Shown: one piece after another, positions 1 through 9,810 of the stretch
How positions within the stretch are numbered: the stretch's first letter is position 1
How the letters are laid out: each line of letters starts with the position of its first letter
Source: a phage
DNA: 64,000 nucleotides
Reading direction: 5' to 3' (one strand)
Assembly (NCBI GenBank): GCA_031520405.1
Contig: GCA_031520405.1_4842.1
Notes under the pieces: generated by a model
What the model was told of the DNA's origin: nothing
The model's input: only the letters and a program-made list of their open reading frames with translations
The model's database searches: none
Program-made: the position numbers and the translations under genes

Positions 1-473
1 GAAACTGGGCAACTCCTCAATGGCAAATGGCTCAAGCAATGCTTGTCCCCAAAGCAGCGCTGGTTTCTATTCGTCTCATTGATTATGTTTCCATGCAACA
101 ACGCCTGTCGGATATCACAAGCGTCTTAAATGTTCGCCGTAATTTTGTGTACAAGAAGTTCCAGCGACGCCTTTACCCGCAGTTTGCTGCCATTGTTGAT
201 GAAACTCTGGCTTTTCGTTGTTATCAAAATATCGACCCCGAATCGGAAGAAAACGCTGAAGCATGGAATGATATGTGGTTGAAAGCGTATGCGACTGCAT
301 TGGTCAAGCGCCGTTGGGCAGAGGTGCTTAAGAAGGCAAGAGGCATCCGTCTCCCTGGTGGTATCGAACTGGATGGTGATAGTATGTTCAGTGAGGCCGA
401 GACCGAGATAGAGCGGCTGGAGGAAGAATTGCGTACTGGTCAGCAATACCCTATCGATTTTATGATGGGATAA
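1..473 (+). CDS. neck/head-completion protein gp13-like, 5'-truncated at window edge (codon phase starts at nt 3)
   Basis: ORF open to window start; position immediately upstream of gp14/gp15/terminase in T4 order; intrinsic terminator follows. Confidence 0.45.
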   Translation, partial: NWATPQWQMAQAMLVPKAALVSIRLIDYVSMQQRLSDITSVLNVRRNFVYKKFQRRLYPQFAAIVDETLAFRCYQNIDPESEENAEAWNDMWLKAYATALVKRRWAEVLKKARGIRLPGGIELDGDSMFSEAETEIERLEEELRTGQQYPIDFMMG

Positions 474-476
474 GAG

Positions 477-503
477 AAGGCGGGTTATCCCGCCTTTCTT
501 TTT
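477..503. terminator. bidirectional rho-independent terminator
   Basis: 8-bp stem AAGGCGGG/CCCGCCTT with TTAT loop followed by T-run; sits between convergent stops of 1..473(+) and 502..714(-). Confidence 0.6.
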
Positions 504-714
504 ATAACTTGATGTCGCGTCCGGAAGGATCTGAATTTGCTAGAATATAACCATCAACCACGTTCTTTTCGTCCCACCATTCAATAAAATCATTATCCTT
601 TTCGCCTTTGATAAGACCCACAATGTTATATGAACCATCGGCGATTTTAGCATCTACACAGATAATTCTCACACGCCTTCCGTCACGAGTTTCTTTAATA
701 TCTTCAACCTTCAT
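502..714 (-). CDS. hypothetical protein (70 aa)
   Basis: reverse ORF in gap between gp13-like and gp14-like genes; GGA SD-like upstream; stop abuts the terminator hairpin. Confidence 0.4.
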   Translation of the reverse strand: MKVEDIKETRDGRRVRIICVDAKIADGSYNIVGLIKGEKDNDFIEWWDEKNVVDGYILANSDPSGRDIKL

Positions 715-775
715 TTATCAATTCCTCAAAAGAATTAATGATTGACTAAATACCTTCAAAATTGAGGGTAAAGTC

Positions 776-1417
776 ATGGCTACTTCAAAATATTTCAACT
801 ATACAGCACATCAAGGTACTCAAAAATTAATTGATGACTTGGTGGTCGAGATGATACAATTGCGTGGGATTGACGTCAAGTATATCCCACGTTCTATTGT
901 TGAAAAATACCCAATTTTAAACGAGGCCGAACACAAATTCGACCAAGCGTTTGACATCGAAGTGTATATGCAGGATTATCAAGGCTTCAACACACAGATG
1001 TGGGAAAAGTTCGGCGGTATCCAATTACAAGATGAAGTGACCTTCACTATTGCTCGTCGTCGTTTTTCAGAAGTTATTGGTAATGGTCCAGGCCTTGAAC
1101 AAATGCCTCAAGAAGGTGATTTGATATATCTGCCTATGGCTAACAAAATATTTAAAGTGAATAACCCGAACAACGATGAAGAATTCATGCAATTTGGGAA
1201 ATGGTACACATATTCCCTACCATGTACGTTGTTCCAATACGGTAACGAAGATTTCGATACAGGTGTATCTGAAATAGACGATATCGATAAACGGTTGCAG
1301 GATCTGGAAGGAGACGGTGTGTACAAAGACGCCAGCCTGCAAACGGATAACCAATTTGCGGACGAAATAGAGAAAGATCTTTCGCCCAATAAAATGAAGA
1401 TAGACTTCGGGGAATAA
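776..1417 (+). CDS. neck protein gp14-like
   Basis: synteny (between gp13-like and gp15-like); GAGGG RBS; ACTAAATAC motif 23 nt upstream. Confidence 0.5.
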   Translation: MATSKYFNYTAHQGTQKLIDDLVVEMIQLRGIDVKYIPRSIVEKYPILNEAEHKFDQAFDIEVYMQDYQGFNTQMWEKFGGIQLQDEVTFTIARRRFSEVIGNGPGLEQMPQEGDLIYLPMANKIFKVNNPNNDEEFMQFGKWYTYSLPCTLFQYGNEDFDTGVSEIDDIDKRLQDLEGDGVYKDASLQTDNQFADEIEKDLSPNKMKIDFGE

Positions 1418-1419
1418 TC

Positions 1420-2118
1420 ATGGCCAGACCATTTGAAAAATATTTCTACCATGAATCGTTGTTGAAATATATCCATGTTTTCAACGCTATCATGTCGGAT
1501 TTAAAAGTCAAAACCGAACGTGGCTTGATGGAAATCCCGCTGCATATGGCCATTGGCCGCCGTAATGACCTCAACAGGAACGTGCCAGCCAATATGCTGC
1601 CATTTGCAACAATGTCCTTTGGTCAGTTCGAAATCAATAAACAGGTGACCAAGTCGTATCATAATCAGATATCGACTGCAACTGCGCGGTCCAAACAACG
1701 AATTCCGATCATTATAGATTTTGAATATAACATCAGAACGAAGAAACTGGTCGAAATGCTACAGGTGTTGGAACAAATTTATTCTGTGTTCACTCCTTCT
1801 GTTGACTGTCAGATAAAGGACAACGACACTTTATCTCAAGATCAGAACGTGAAGATAATGTTGGTAAATCACACGATTTCTGACAACTGGGAAGGAGACG
1901 CAACAGAATCACCACACATAGATTGTTCATTCAATTTTCAATTACATGGTCACATCTATGGAGAAGATTATTGGGTTGATGATGGTTCGGGCGGTGGGGA
2001 TCCAAACGTCATCAAAGAGATAATTATTGAAATGTCTAATGATTTGAACATGCCATGGTCGGAACTTCCTGAATGGTTCCGAGTTGATAAAGACGGCATA
2101 CATCATCCGGAGGATTGA
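1420..2118 (+). CDS. tail sheath stabilizer/tail completion protein gp15-like
   Basis: synteny and loose similarity to T4 gp15; start abuts gp14 stop. Confidence 0.55.
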   Translation: MARPFEKYFYHESLLKYIHVFNAIMSDLKVKTERGLMEIPLHMAIGRRNDLNRNVPANMLPFATMSFGQFEINKQVTKSYHNQISTATARSKQRIPIIIDFEYNIRTKKLVEMLQVLEQIYSVFTPSVDCQIKDNDTLSQDQNVKIMLVNHTISDNWEGDATESPHIDCSFNFQLHGHIYGEDYWVDDGSGGGDPNVIKEIIIEMSNDLNMPWSELPEWFRVDKDGIHHPED

Positions 2119-2120
2119 TC

Positions 2121-2801
2121 ATGAGCAATATGTCAGAAAGGTTACTCGCCACACTTGATGCGGTGACTGCCCGAGACGAAGTTGGGAAGGAGGCAATGGA
2201 GGCTGTCGCCCCTCGTCCAGGTATTGACTTCGATGAAAATACAGGTGAATGGTTTGGTGAACGTCCGGAAGGGTATCAGCCGATTCCTGAACCGCCTTCA
2301 TTGGAGGATATTGCTTCCAAGGAATCCAAAGTACCTGAGTTTGCGGACACTGATGCTACAACGGATTACAAACGGATACGCGACACAACATATGCCATGC
2401 AAGAAGCCACAATGTTCATGATGGGACAAGCCGCTAAATTGGCTGCATCCACAGAAGCTCCGCGAGCATTTTCTGTTTTCCGTGAATTGGGTGAACTCAT
2501 GCGAGGTCTGAATAAAGACTTGATGGAAAACCAGAAAACCATCAAGGCGGTAACAGGTGATAAAGAACCACCTGTTGATGACACGACAGTGGATGTTACA
2601 ACTTCACCAGACGGAACAACAACAGTATCGGTTGGGAAAAAGGCGCGATCTTCTCGCGATTTATTGAAGACGATCGAAGATGCACGCCGCCGCGCTGAAG
2701 AAAGAGCACAAGCAAAGGCCGCACAACAACCAGAAGATGAAATCATTGATGGTGAAACAGTTGATGTGAAGGAAGAAGACGATGGCGTATCAGAAGCGTG
2801 A
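2121..2801 (+). CDS. terminase small subunit (gp16-like)
   Basis: ATG 2121 preceded by GGAGG (track start 2115 is TTG); central region resembles T4 gp16; overlaps start of large terminase. Confidence 0.6.
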   Translation: MSNMSERLLATLDAVTARDEVGKEAMEAVAPRPGIDFDENTGEWFGERPEGYQPIPEPPSLEDIASKESKVPEFADTDATTDYKRIRDTTYAMQEATMFMMGQAAKLAASTEAPRAFSVFRELGELMRGLNKDLMENQKTIKAVTGDKEPPVDDTTVDVTTSPDGTTTVSVGKKARSSRDLLKTIEDARRRAEERAQAKAAQQPEDEIIDGETVDVKEEDDGVSEA

Positions 2802-4992
2802 TATAGAATATGCCCCAATTAAAACGGGGTTCAAAATAGACGATGTGAAATTGCGTATGGACCAAACGTTCATGCGCAAACCTTCTGTGCGTGCTCCTCG
2901 AGTCGAGTTAATGCTGACAGATGAACAAGAAGACGAATTCGTTGAATGTTCTATGGATGCACACTACTTCGCCGCCAACTATTACAAGATAACCACGATC
3001 GATAAGGGCTTTATCCTTTTCGATATGCATGATTATCAGAAGCAGTTGTTCCACGACTTTCAGGACTATCGATTTAATGCGGTCGTCCAGGCTCGTCAGT
3101 CCGGAAAATGTGTAAAAGGCGACACGCTTGTCACAGTTTACGATACTCTCAGCCAAGAGGAGTTGCTCCTGACTATAGGGGAGCTTCACAGCCGCTTCGA
3201 GGACGTCAACCACGCTGTGCCGCTGAATACCATTGGCAACCATGACAAGTTCGTGGACAGCCGCTTCGGCAAACGTTACTTTGTACAATCCGATAGTGGC
3301 TGGGTTCCGGTTATCGCAGCGCATAAGACGAAGAAATATGCGGAATTCGTTATTGTCACCGTTACCGGAAGGCGAATTAACGTGGCTGATGAACATATGT
3401 TCTTCACTCCGGACATGAAGGAGATATTTGCCAAAGACCTGAATGCTGGGTCATACATCATGACGACAGAAGGTCCAGAAGAAATCCGTGAGATTTGGCA
3501 GACTGGTGAATATCACCATATGTACGATCTTCAGGTCAAATCTAGTGATCAACGTTATTACACGAATGGCTTTCTCAGTCATAACACGACCGTGGTGGCG
3601 GCGTTTCTTCTTTGGTATGCGATGTTCCATTCTGATAAGGAAATCGCAGTACTGGCAAACAAAGAGAAACAAGCGATAGAAATTCTTGACCGTATCAGAA
3701 AAGCATACCAAGACCTTCCATTCTTCCTTCAGCAGGGTTGTGAGAAGTTTGGTTCTACCCTGATAGAGTTTGAGAATGGTTCTAAGATATACGCTTATGC
3801 CACGTCTTCGGACTCCATCCGTGGTCGTTCTGTATCGCTCTTGTACGTTGACGAAGTCGCGTTTATCGAAAACGACTTTGAATTTTGGGAATCAACTTTC
3901 CCAGCCATTGCATCTGCCGATACATCACGCTGTATTTTGACAAGTACTCCGAAAGGCCAGCGAGGGTTGTTCTATGATATTGTCACCAAAGCAGATCCGC
4001 GCCATCCACAATACAACGACTTCCACCTAACTGAAGTCCCATGGTATAAGGTTCCGGCATATACCAAAGATCCAGATTGGGAAACCAAACAACGTGCCCG
4101 TCTGGGGGATGCTCGTTTCGATCAAGAATTTGGCATTAAGTTCCGTGGTTCCGTGGGTTCATTGATTCCGGCCAAATGCTTAGATAAAATGACGTCCAAG
4201 TTGTATCGGGAACCTAATGAATTCACCAAGATTTATAAGGAATACGACCCACAACGTCTCTACTTTGGGATTGCGGACACTGGGAAGGGGGTGGAAGGAG
4301 ATTATTCCGTCTTAACAATTCTGGATATAACTGAATATCCGCATGTCATAGCAGCCAAGTACAGGAATAATACGATACCTCCTATGATGTATGCATACAC
4401 GATAGCTGATATGTGCACCGAATACGGGGAATGTCCTGTCCTTGTTGAAACAAACAACGACGTCGGCGGTCAGGTTATTACAATTCTTTATCAAGAGATA
4501 GAATATCCAGAAATCATATTCACATCAACAGATAACAAAGGGACGGGGAAACGGATTGGTGGACGTAAACCGGAACCTGGTATCAATACCAACAGAAAAG
4601 TCCGATCTATCGGTTGTGCTAACCTGAAAGCGCTCATTGAGAAAGAAATGTTGGTGATAGAAGACCAGGACACGATAGATGAACTCAGTACATTTGTGTT
4701 CAAAGGCGCTCGGTATGAAGCCGATGACGGTTGTCACGATGACTGTGTCATGCCGTTGGTCTTATATTCATGGGCAGTAAAACAAGAATGGTTCAGTGAT
4801 TTGACATCTACAAGTATTTCTCAGGACATGAGAAACCGAATGTCTTCAACTGAATCTCAGCAGGTATTCCCATTTGGTGGTTTAGTCGTTGGAGACACCC
4901 CATCCGAAACTGAGCATTTGCCTGGTTTCGGGGGTATTCAAGTTTTCAACGAAATGTCAGGGATGACCATGGATGAGTGGGTTAAGAATTGA
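2782..4992 (+). CDS. terminase large subunit (gp17-like), intein-containing
   Basis: strong similarity to T4 gp17 around TTVVAAFL...YVDEVAF...TSTP; Walker A RQSGK|T interrupted by 159-aa insertion. Confidence 0.9.
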   Translation: MAYQKRDIEYAPIKTGFKIDDVKLRMDQTFMRKPSVRAPRVELMLTDEQEDEFVECSMDAHYFAANYYKITTIDKGFILFDMHDYQKQLFHDFQDYRFNAVVQARQSGKCVKGDTLVTVYDTLSQEELLLTIGELHSRFEDVNHAVPLNTIGNHDKFVDSRFGKRYFVQSDSGWVPVIAAHKTKKYAEFVIVTVTGRRINVADEHMFFTPDMKEIFAKDLNAGSYIMTTEGPEEIREIWQTGEYHHMYDLQVKSSDQRYYTNGFLSHNTTVVAAFLLWYAMFHSDKEIAVLANKEKQAIEILDRIRKAYQDLPFFLQQGCEKFGSTLIEFENGSKIYAYATSSDSIRGRSVSLLYVDEVAFIENDFEFWESTFPAIASADTSRCILTSTPKGQRGLFYDIVTKADPRHPQYNDFHLTEVPWYKVPAYTKDPDWETKQRARLGDARFDQEFGIKFRGSVGSLIPAKCLDKMTSKLYREPNEFTKIYKEYDPQRLYFGIADTGKGVEGDYSVLTILDITEYPHVIAAKYRNNTIPPMMYAYTIADMCTEYGECPVLVETNNDVGGQVITILYQEIEYPEIIFTSTDNKGTGKRIGGRKPEPGINTNRKVRSIGCANLKALIEKEMLVIEDQDTIDELSTFVFKGARYEADDGCHDDCVMPLVLYSWAVKQEWFSDLTSTSISQDMRNRMSSTESQQVFPFGGLVVGDTPSETEHLPGFGGIQVFNEMSGMTMDEWVKN
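3109..3585 (+). mobile_element. mini-intein (Hint domain only, no homing endonuclease domain) in terminase P-loop
   Basis: insert begins Cys (CVKGDTLV), ends His-Asn (FLSHN) followed by Thr +1; excision restores RQSGKT Walker A matching T4 SRQLGKT. Confidence 0.75.
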
Positions 4993-4993
4993 T

Positions 4994-5002
4994 CACTAAA
5001 TA
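4994..5002 (+). promoter_or_regulatory. putative late-promoter-like motif CACTAAATA upstream of tail sheath gene
   Basis: ACTAAATA-type box ~43 nt upstream of ATG 5045; same motif recurs upstream of other late genes. Confidence 0.3.
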
Positions 5003-5044
5003 TCTTTCAAATTGAGCGAAACTCTACCGAGAAGGAATGATATT

Positions 5045-6940
5045 ATGGCAACTCAAAGCTTCAGCGTTGCGCCGTCCGTTCAGTGGACTGAGCGTGATGC
5101 CACGCTTCAGACGTCCCCGTCCGTTGTTGTTCAGGGCGCGACCGTCGGCAAATTTCAATGGGGTGAAGTTGAACTTCCAGTGCTGGTGACTGGTGGTGAG
5201 ACAGGTTTGGTGAAGAAATTCTTCAAACCCAACGACAGTACTGCGACCGATTTTCTTGTAATCGCGGACTTTTTGTCTTACAGCTCTATGGCATGGGTGA
5301 CCCGTGTTGTTGGTCCTCTGGCCAAGAACTCTGTTACCAAAGGTCAGACAGCGATTGCGATCAAAAACAAACTGGATTTTGAAACAGCAAGTCCTTCGGC
5401 GTCCATCACTTGGACTGGTCGTTATCCAGGTTCCCTGGGTAATGATATTGCTATCAATGTTTGTGATGCTGCTGGATTCTCAACTTGGGAATTCCGTAAT
5501 AACTTTGCATACGCACCTCAGTCTGGTGAATTCCATGTAGTTGTCGTAGACAAAGTTGGTCGCATTACCGACTCTGCTGGCGCGGTCGGTCAGGTTGACC
5601 GTATCTCCGTTTCTGGTACGGCTACTGCTGCTGGCACCATCAGTGTGGCAGGTGAAGATATCGCATATCTGGATACTGATACTCCAGCCGATTTGGCAAC
5701 CAAAATCGGTACAGCACTAACTTCCCTGACAAGTGTTTATTCTTCTGTTGTCGTGAAGTCCAACACTGTCATCGTGACCCATAAAGCTATTGGTCCCCAG
5801 ACAGTTACTGCTATTGTTCCAGATGATAAGGGGCTGACTGCAACCGCCGTGATTACCACTGTTGGCGCATCTGGTTCTATTATCGAAAAATACGAACTCA
5901 TGCAGAACACACAGGGTTCCAAAAAGTCCGATGGCGCGAATGCGTACTTCAAAGATGTCATCAATGATACATCAAATTGGGTGTACACCTTCGCTACCGC
6001 TCTGGCCGCAGGTGTTGTTGAATTAGAAGGCGGCGTAGACGATTATAACATCAACCGCGTGGCAGCTATCCAAGTCTTGAACAATGCTGAAGCATATGAT
6101 GCGAAGCCAGTATTTGCGTACTGTGAAGAACTGATTGAGCAACAAGCATTGATCGACTTATCTACTGAGCGAAAAGATACGGTATCTTTCGTATCCCCGC
6201 TCCGTGATACGGTTGTTGGCAACCGTGGTCGTGAAATGGATGATGTCGTTGCTTGGCGTGAAAGCCTTGTTCGCGACTCTTCTTATTTCTTCATGGATGA
6301 TAACTGGGCATATGTGTACGACAAGTACAACGACAAAATGCGTTGGATTCCGGCTTGTGGTGGCACCGCAGGTGTTTGGGCGCGAAGCATTGAAATCGCG
6401 GGTATCTACAAATCTCCGGCGTTCCACAACCGTGGTAAATACAACAACTATAATCGAATGGCGTGGTCTGCTTCTTCTGATGAACGTGCTGTGTTGTACC
6501 GCAATCAGATCAACAGCATCGTAACCTTCTCCAATGAAGGCATCGTCCTGTATGGTGACAAAACTGGCCTGACCCGCCCGTCGGCGTTTGACCGCATCAA
6601 CGTTCGTGGTCTGTTCATCATGGCTGAGCAGAACATCGCCGCAATCGCCAAATACTATCTTGGTGAGAACAATGACGCGTTTACACGTGGTCTGTTCAGC
6701 AATGCGGTTCGTCCATATATTCGCCAGCTGGCAAATATGGGCGCGATTTACGATGGTAAAGTCAAATGTGATGAAGACAACAACACTGCTGATATCATTG
6801 CGGCAAACCAAATGGTTGCTGGTATCTGGTTGAAGCCTGAGTACAGCATAAATTGGGTGTATCTTGACTTTGCTGCAGTTCGACCAGATATGGAGTTCAG
6901 CGAAATCGAATCCGGTGGCGGCATCGTTGCTGCTTCATAA
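5045..6940 (+). CDS. tail sheath protein (gp18-like)
   Basis: GKFQWG and C-terminal GDKTG...FDRINVR similarity to T4 gp18; ATG 5045 with GAAGGAA RBS (track start 5012 is TTG). Confidence 0.9.
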   Translation: MATQSFSVAPSVQWTERDATLQTSPSVVVQGATVGKFQWGEVELPVLVTGGETGLVKKFFKPNDSTATDFLVIADFLSYSSMAWVTRVVGPLAKNSVTKGQTAIAIKNKLDFETASPSASITWTGRYPGSLGNDIAINVCDAAGFSTWEFRNNFAYAPQSGEFHVVVVDKVGRITDSAGAVGQVDRISVSGTATAAGTISVAGEDIAYLDTDTPADLATKIGTALTSLTSVYSSVVVKSNTVIVTHKAIGPQTVTAIVPDDKGLTATAVITTVGASGSIIEKYELMQNTQGSKKSDGANAYFKDVINDTSNWVYTFATALAAGVVELEGGVDDYNINRVAAIQVLNNAEAYDAKPVFAYCEELIEQQALIDLSTERKDTVSFVSPLRDTVVGNRGREMDDVVAWRESLVRDSSYFFMDDNWAYVYDKYNDKMRWIPACGGTAGVWARSIEIAGIYKSPAFHNRGKYNNYNRMAWSASSDERAVLYRNQINSIVTFSNEGIVLYGDKTGLTRPSAFDRINVRGLFIMAEQNIAAIAKYYLGENNDAFTRGLFSNAVRPYIRQLANMGAIYDGKVKCDEDNNTADIIAANQMVAGIWLKPEYSINWVYLDFAAVRPDMEFSEIESGGGIVAAS

Positions 6941-6946
6941 ATGACC

Positions 6947-6973
6947 AACCCCGCTTCGGCGGGGTTTTCCTTT
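6947..6973 (+). terminator. rho-independent terminator
   Basis: AACCCCGC-TTCG-GCGGGGTT hairpin followed by T-run. Confidence 0.7.
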
Positions 6974-6996
6974 GTCTTATTGATTTGAGTTATTGA

Positions 6997-7455
6997 ATGA
7001 TATACGCATACAAAATTGAAACGATAACTAATGGAAAGGTCTACATCGGTGTGACCAATGACCCACAACGAAGATATGATCAGCATTTTGCGAATGCTTT
7101 TCATCATGGAGTCCAAAGTGAATTGTATGATGCCATGCGTAAGTATGGAACATCTGGATTTACTTTCGTTGTAATTGCTCAGACCGATGAAGTCCATAAA
7201 TGGGAATTAGAGAAGCAACTCATCTCTCAATATAATTCTTATGAGATGGGTTACAACATGAATAAAGGCGGTAATGATGGAAGTCATATGCTGGGTAAAA
7301 CTGCAGCAAAATTGACATCCACAGGTGAACACATTGGTCTTGTTTCTCTCATAGATCCCCGTTGGGAATTGTGTGAAATCGAACCCGTTTTAAGCAATGT
7401 TGACCACGGATTTGATTTTTCTTCCATGAAGATTAAAAGATTGACGACTAATTAG
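6997..7455 (+). CDS. GIY-YIG endonuclease (putative free-standing homing endonuclease)
   Basis: N-terminal IYAYKIE...GKVYIGVT...RRYDQH, later Glu and Asn: GIY-YIG catalytic core; inserted between gp18 and gp19 after terminator. Confidence 0.65.
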   Translation: MIYAYKIETITNGKVYIGVTNDPQRRYDQHFANAFHHGVQSELYDAMRKYGTSGFTFVVIAQTDEVHKWELEKQLISQYNSYEMGYNMNKGGNDGSHMLGKTAAKLTSTGEHIGLVSLIDPRWELCEIEPVLSNVDHGFDFSSMKIKRLTTN

Positions 7456-7485
7456 AATTGTGTACTCTTATTTGGAGATATAAAA

Positions 7486-8019
7486 ATGGCGACAGTCAAT
7501 GAGTTTCGCGCAGCCATGTCACGAGGGGGCGGCGTACAACGCCAACACCGCTGGCGTGTGACTGTAAACTTTCCTTCTTTTGTTGCTGGTTCCGACACAA
7601 TTCGTGACGTGTCCTTGCTGGCTGTAACCACCAACACCCCAACAGGTCAGCTGGGCGAAATTCTGGTGCCCTGGGGTGGTCGTGAACTTCCGTTCCCAGG
7701 GGATCGTCGTTTCGAAGCGCTTCCTGTGACGTTCATTAACGTGGTGAACAACGCTCCATACAATGCTTTTGAAGTGTGGCAGCAATTCATCAACGGTAGT
7801 GAAAACAACCGCGCCAGCGCGAATCCAGATGATTATTTCCGTGATATCATCATGGAACTTCTGGACGCGAATGACAACGTGACTAAGACATGGACTTTAC
7901 AGGGCGGCTGGCCTCAAAACCTCGGCCAACTGGAACTCGATATGTCGGCAATGGACTCTTACACACAGTTCACTGTCGACTTGCGTTATTTCCAAGCCGT
8001 TTCTGACAAGTCATTGTAA
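7486..8019 (+). CDS. tail tube protein (gp19-like)
   Basis: C-terminal GGWPQNLGQLELD...FTVDLRYFQ resembles T4 gp19 GLWPTNVGELQLDW...EVTLALDYWE; GGAG RBS. Confidence 0.8.
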   Translation: MATVNEFRAAMSRGGGVQRQHRWRVTVNFPSFVAGSDTIRDVSLLAVTTNTPTGQLGEILVPWGGRELPFPGDRRFEALPVTFINVVNNAPYNAFEVWQQFINGSENNRASANPDDYFRDIIMELLDANDNVTKTWTLQGGWPQNLGQLELDMSAMDSYTQFTVDLRYFQAVSDKSL

Positions 8020-8086
8020 TGTCCTCGGTGCTGGGGGAATGTTATTCCCCCTCACTAATTACAAGAAAACGTTGAGGACTTAGATC

Positions 8087-9769
8087 ATGGCTGGATACGG
8101 CAGAGGGTTCTTCGGTTTGTTTGGTGGTGGCGGTTTAGTCAATGCCAAAGTCGACACCGATAAGTTAGCCCAAAAACAAGATGAATTGTTGCTCACCAAG
8201 GCGACAGTTGTTGCTCTGGACGATGCTCAAGACGGTTCTATAATCCTTCAGGGCGGTGCAAACACCTACAACTATGTTGGCGTTGAGAGTGAACTTCTCA
8301 GCGTTAAAACAGTTGTGGAAGAATATCAGTCCATGGCCCAGCAGCCAGAAATACGCAAAGCTGTGGACATCATTGTTAATGACGTTGTCACATGTGAGGA
8401 AGACGAAACTCCGGTGACAGTCAATCTTGACAAAGTTGATGGTATTTCTGAATCAGTCAAAGAATCTATCACCGAATGTTTCAAAGAAGTGATTCATTTG
8501 ATGGATTTTGAAAATACGGCGTATCAAAAGATTCGGAAATGGTATGTAGATGGTCGACAAGCGTATCATGTGATTGTTGACCCAACGAATAAGAAGGGCG
8601 GGATCAAGAAATTGGTCATGCTGGATTCTCGTTGTATTCGTCCTGTGTACATCGTTGAAAAGGCAATGCGTGAAGGTGGTATAGAAGCGATCGAATCTGT
8701 AACGCTGAAATACTATTACAATCCGAATTATAATCGAAACCAATTCACTGGTCAATCAGGTACTTCTCAAAACTTCCAACCTTCACAACAAGAACTCGTG
8801 TTTGATGACGAAAGTATCGTTTATATCGATAGTGGTGAAGAACCATTGGCTAACGGTATTGTCCCAGGGCTTTTAAATCCTGCAATCCGCCCGTTGAACA
8901 ACTTGGTTACGACTGAAGACGCAACAGTAATTTATGCCATCACTCGCGCCCCTGAGAAACGCGCATTCTATCTTGACGTCGGTACTCTCGGCAAGAAATC
9001 TGCTGAAGAATACATGACCATGATGATGGGTAAATTCAAAAACCGCAACGCATATGACCGCACCACTGGTAAGATAACAGGTAATGCCCATCTTATGGGT
9101 ATTGCAGAGGATTATTGGTTGCCGCGCCGCGAAGGTCAGAATGCTACAGAGATTGCGACTGTTGGGGGTGGGAATCAATTGGGCGAAATGGATCACGTGA
9201 ACTATTTCCGTGAAAAACTCTATGATGCTCTAATGATCCCTAAGAGCCGCCTCCAAGAGGAAGGATCTATTAACATTGGGGGTTCCAACCTCGCGGAGAT
9301 TACACAGGAAGAGCTGCGTTTCAGCAAGTTCTGTGCTGGGTTACGTCGTCGTTACTCCCATTTCTTTATGGAGTTTTTACGTCGCCAATTAATTTTGAAA
9401 GGCGTGACTGACGAAAAAGATTGGAATGAAAAAATCAAGCCGTTTATTAAGTTTGAATTCACTTCTGATAGCTATATTCGTGAGCAACAAGAAAACGCCA
9501 TATTAAATGATCGCCTGGCTTCTCTGAACACTGTTGAGCCTTTTGTTGGTTCTATATTCTCCATAGACTACGTCATGAGAAATGTATTGCGTATGTCTGA
9601 TGAAGAAGTTAAAGAACAACAAACGAAGATCGCGGAAGAGAAGAAGAAAGGTCTCTATCCGAAGGTTCAAGCAGATGAAACTGGCAATTATAGCGGTTCA
9701 GATGTTAGTCCGTTGAAGTTTAAACCTGAGACTATCCCATTCTCCGGTTCAACAGACGATAGTATTTAA
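8087..9769 (+). CDS. portal vertex protein (gp20-like)
   Basis: similarity to T4 gp20 (ITRAPE...YLD, EDYWLPRREG, NYFR); GAGGA RBS. Confidence 0.9.
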   Translation: MAGYGRGFFGLFGGGGLVNAKVDTDKLAQKQDELLLTKATVVALDDAQDGSIILQGGANTYNYVGVESELLSVKTVVEEYQSMAQQPEIRKAVDIIVNDVVTCEEDETPVTVNLDKVDGISESVKESITECFKEVIHLMDFENTAYQKIRKWYVDGRQAYHVIVDPTNKKGGIKKLVMLDSRCIRPVYIVEKAMREGGIEAIESVTLKYYYNPNYNRNQFTGQSGTSQNFQPSQQELVFDDESIVYIDSGEEPLANGIVPGLLNPAIRPLNNLVTTEDATVIYAITRAPEKRAFYLDVGTLGKKSAEEYMTMMMGKFKNRNAYDRTTGKITGNAHLMGIAEDYWLPRREGQNATEIATVGGGNQLGEMDHVNYFREKLYDALMIPKSRLQEEGSINIGGSNLAEITQEELRFSKFCAGLRRRYSHFFMEFLRRQLILKGVTDEKDWNEKIKPFIKFEFTSDSYIREQQENAILNDRLASLNTVEPFVGSIFSIDYVMRNVLRMSDEEVKEQQTKIAEEKKKGLYPKVQADETGNYSGSDVSPLKFKPETIPFSGSTDDSI

Positions 9770-9810
9770 AGTTCAACTAAATATAGAAAATTAATTCGGA
9801 GATCAAAATC

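Noticed and set aside
6158-6811. 217-aa reverse-strand ORF inside the tail sheath gene
   Set aside because: Fully antisense to a high-confidence conserved gene (gp18); no RBS or homology; likely an artefact of codon bias on the sense strand
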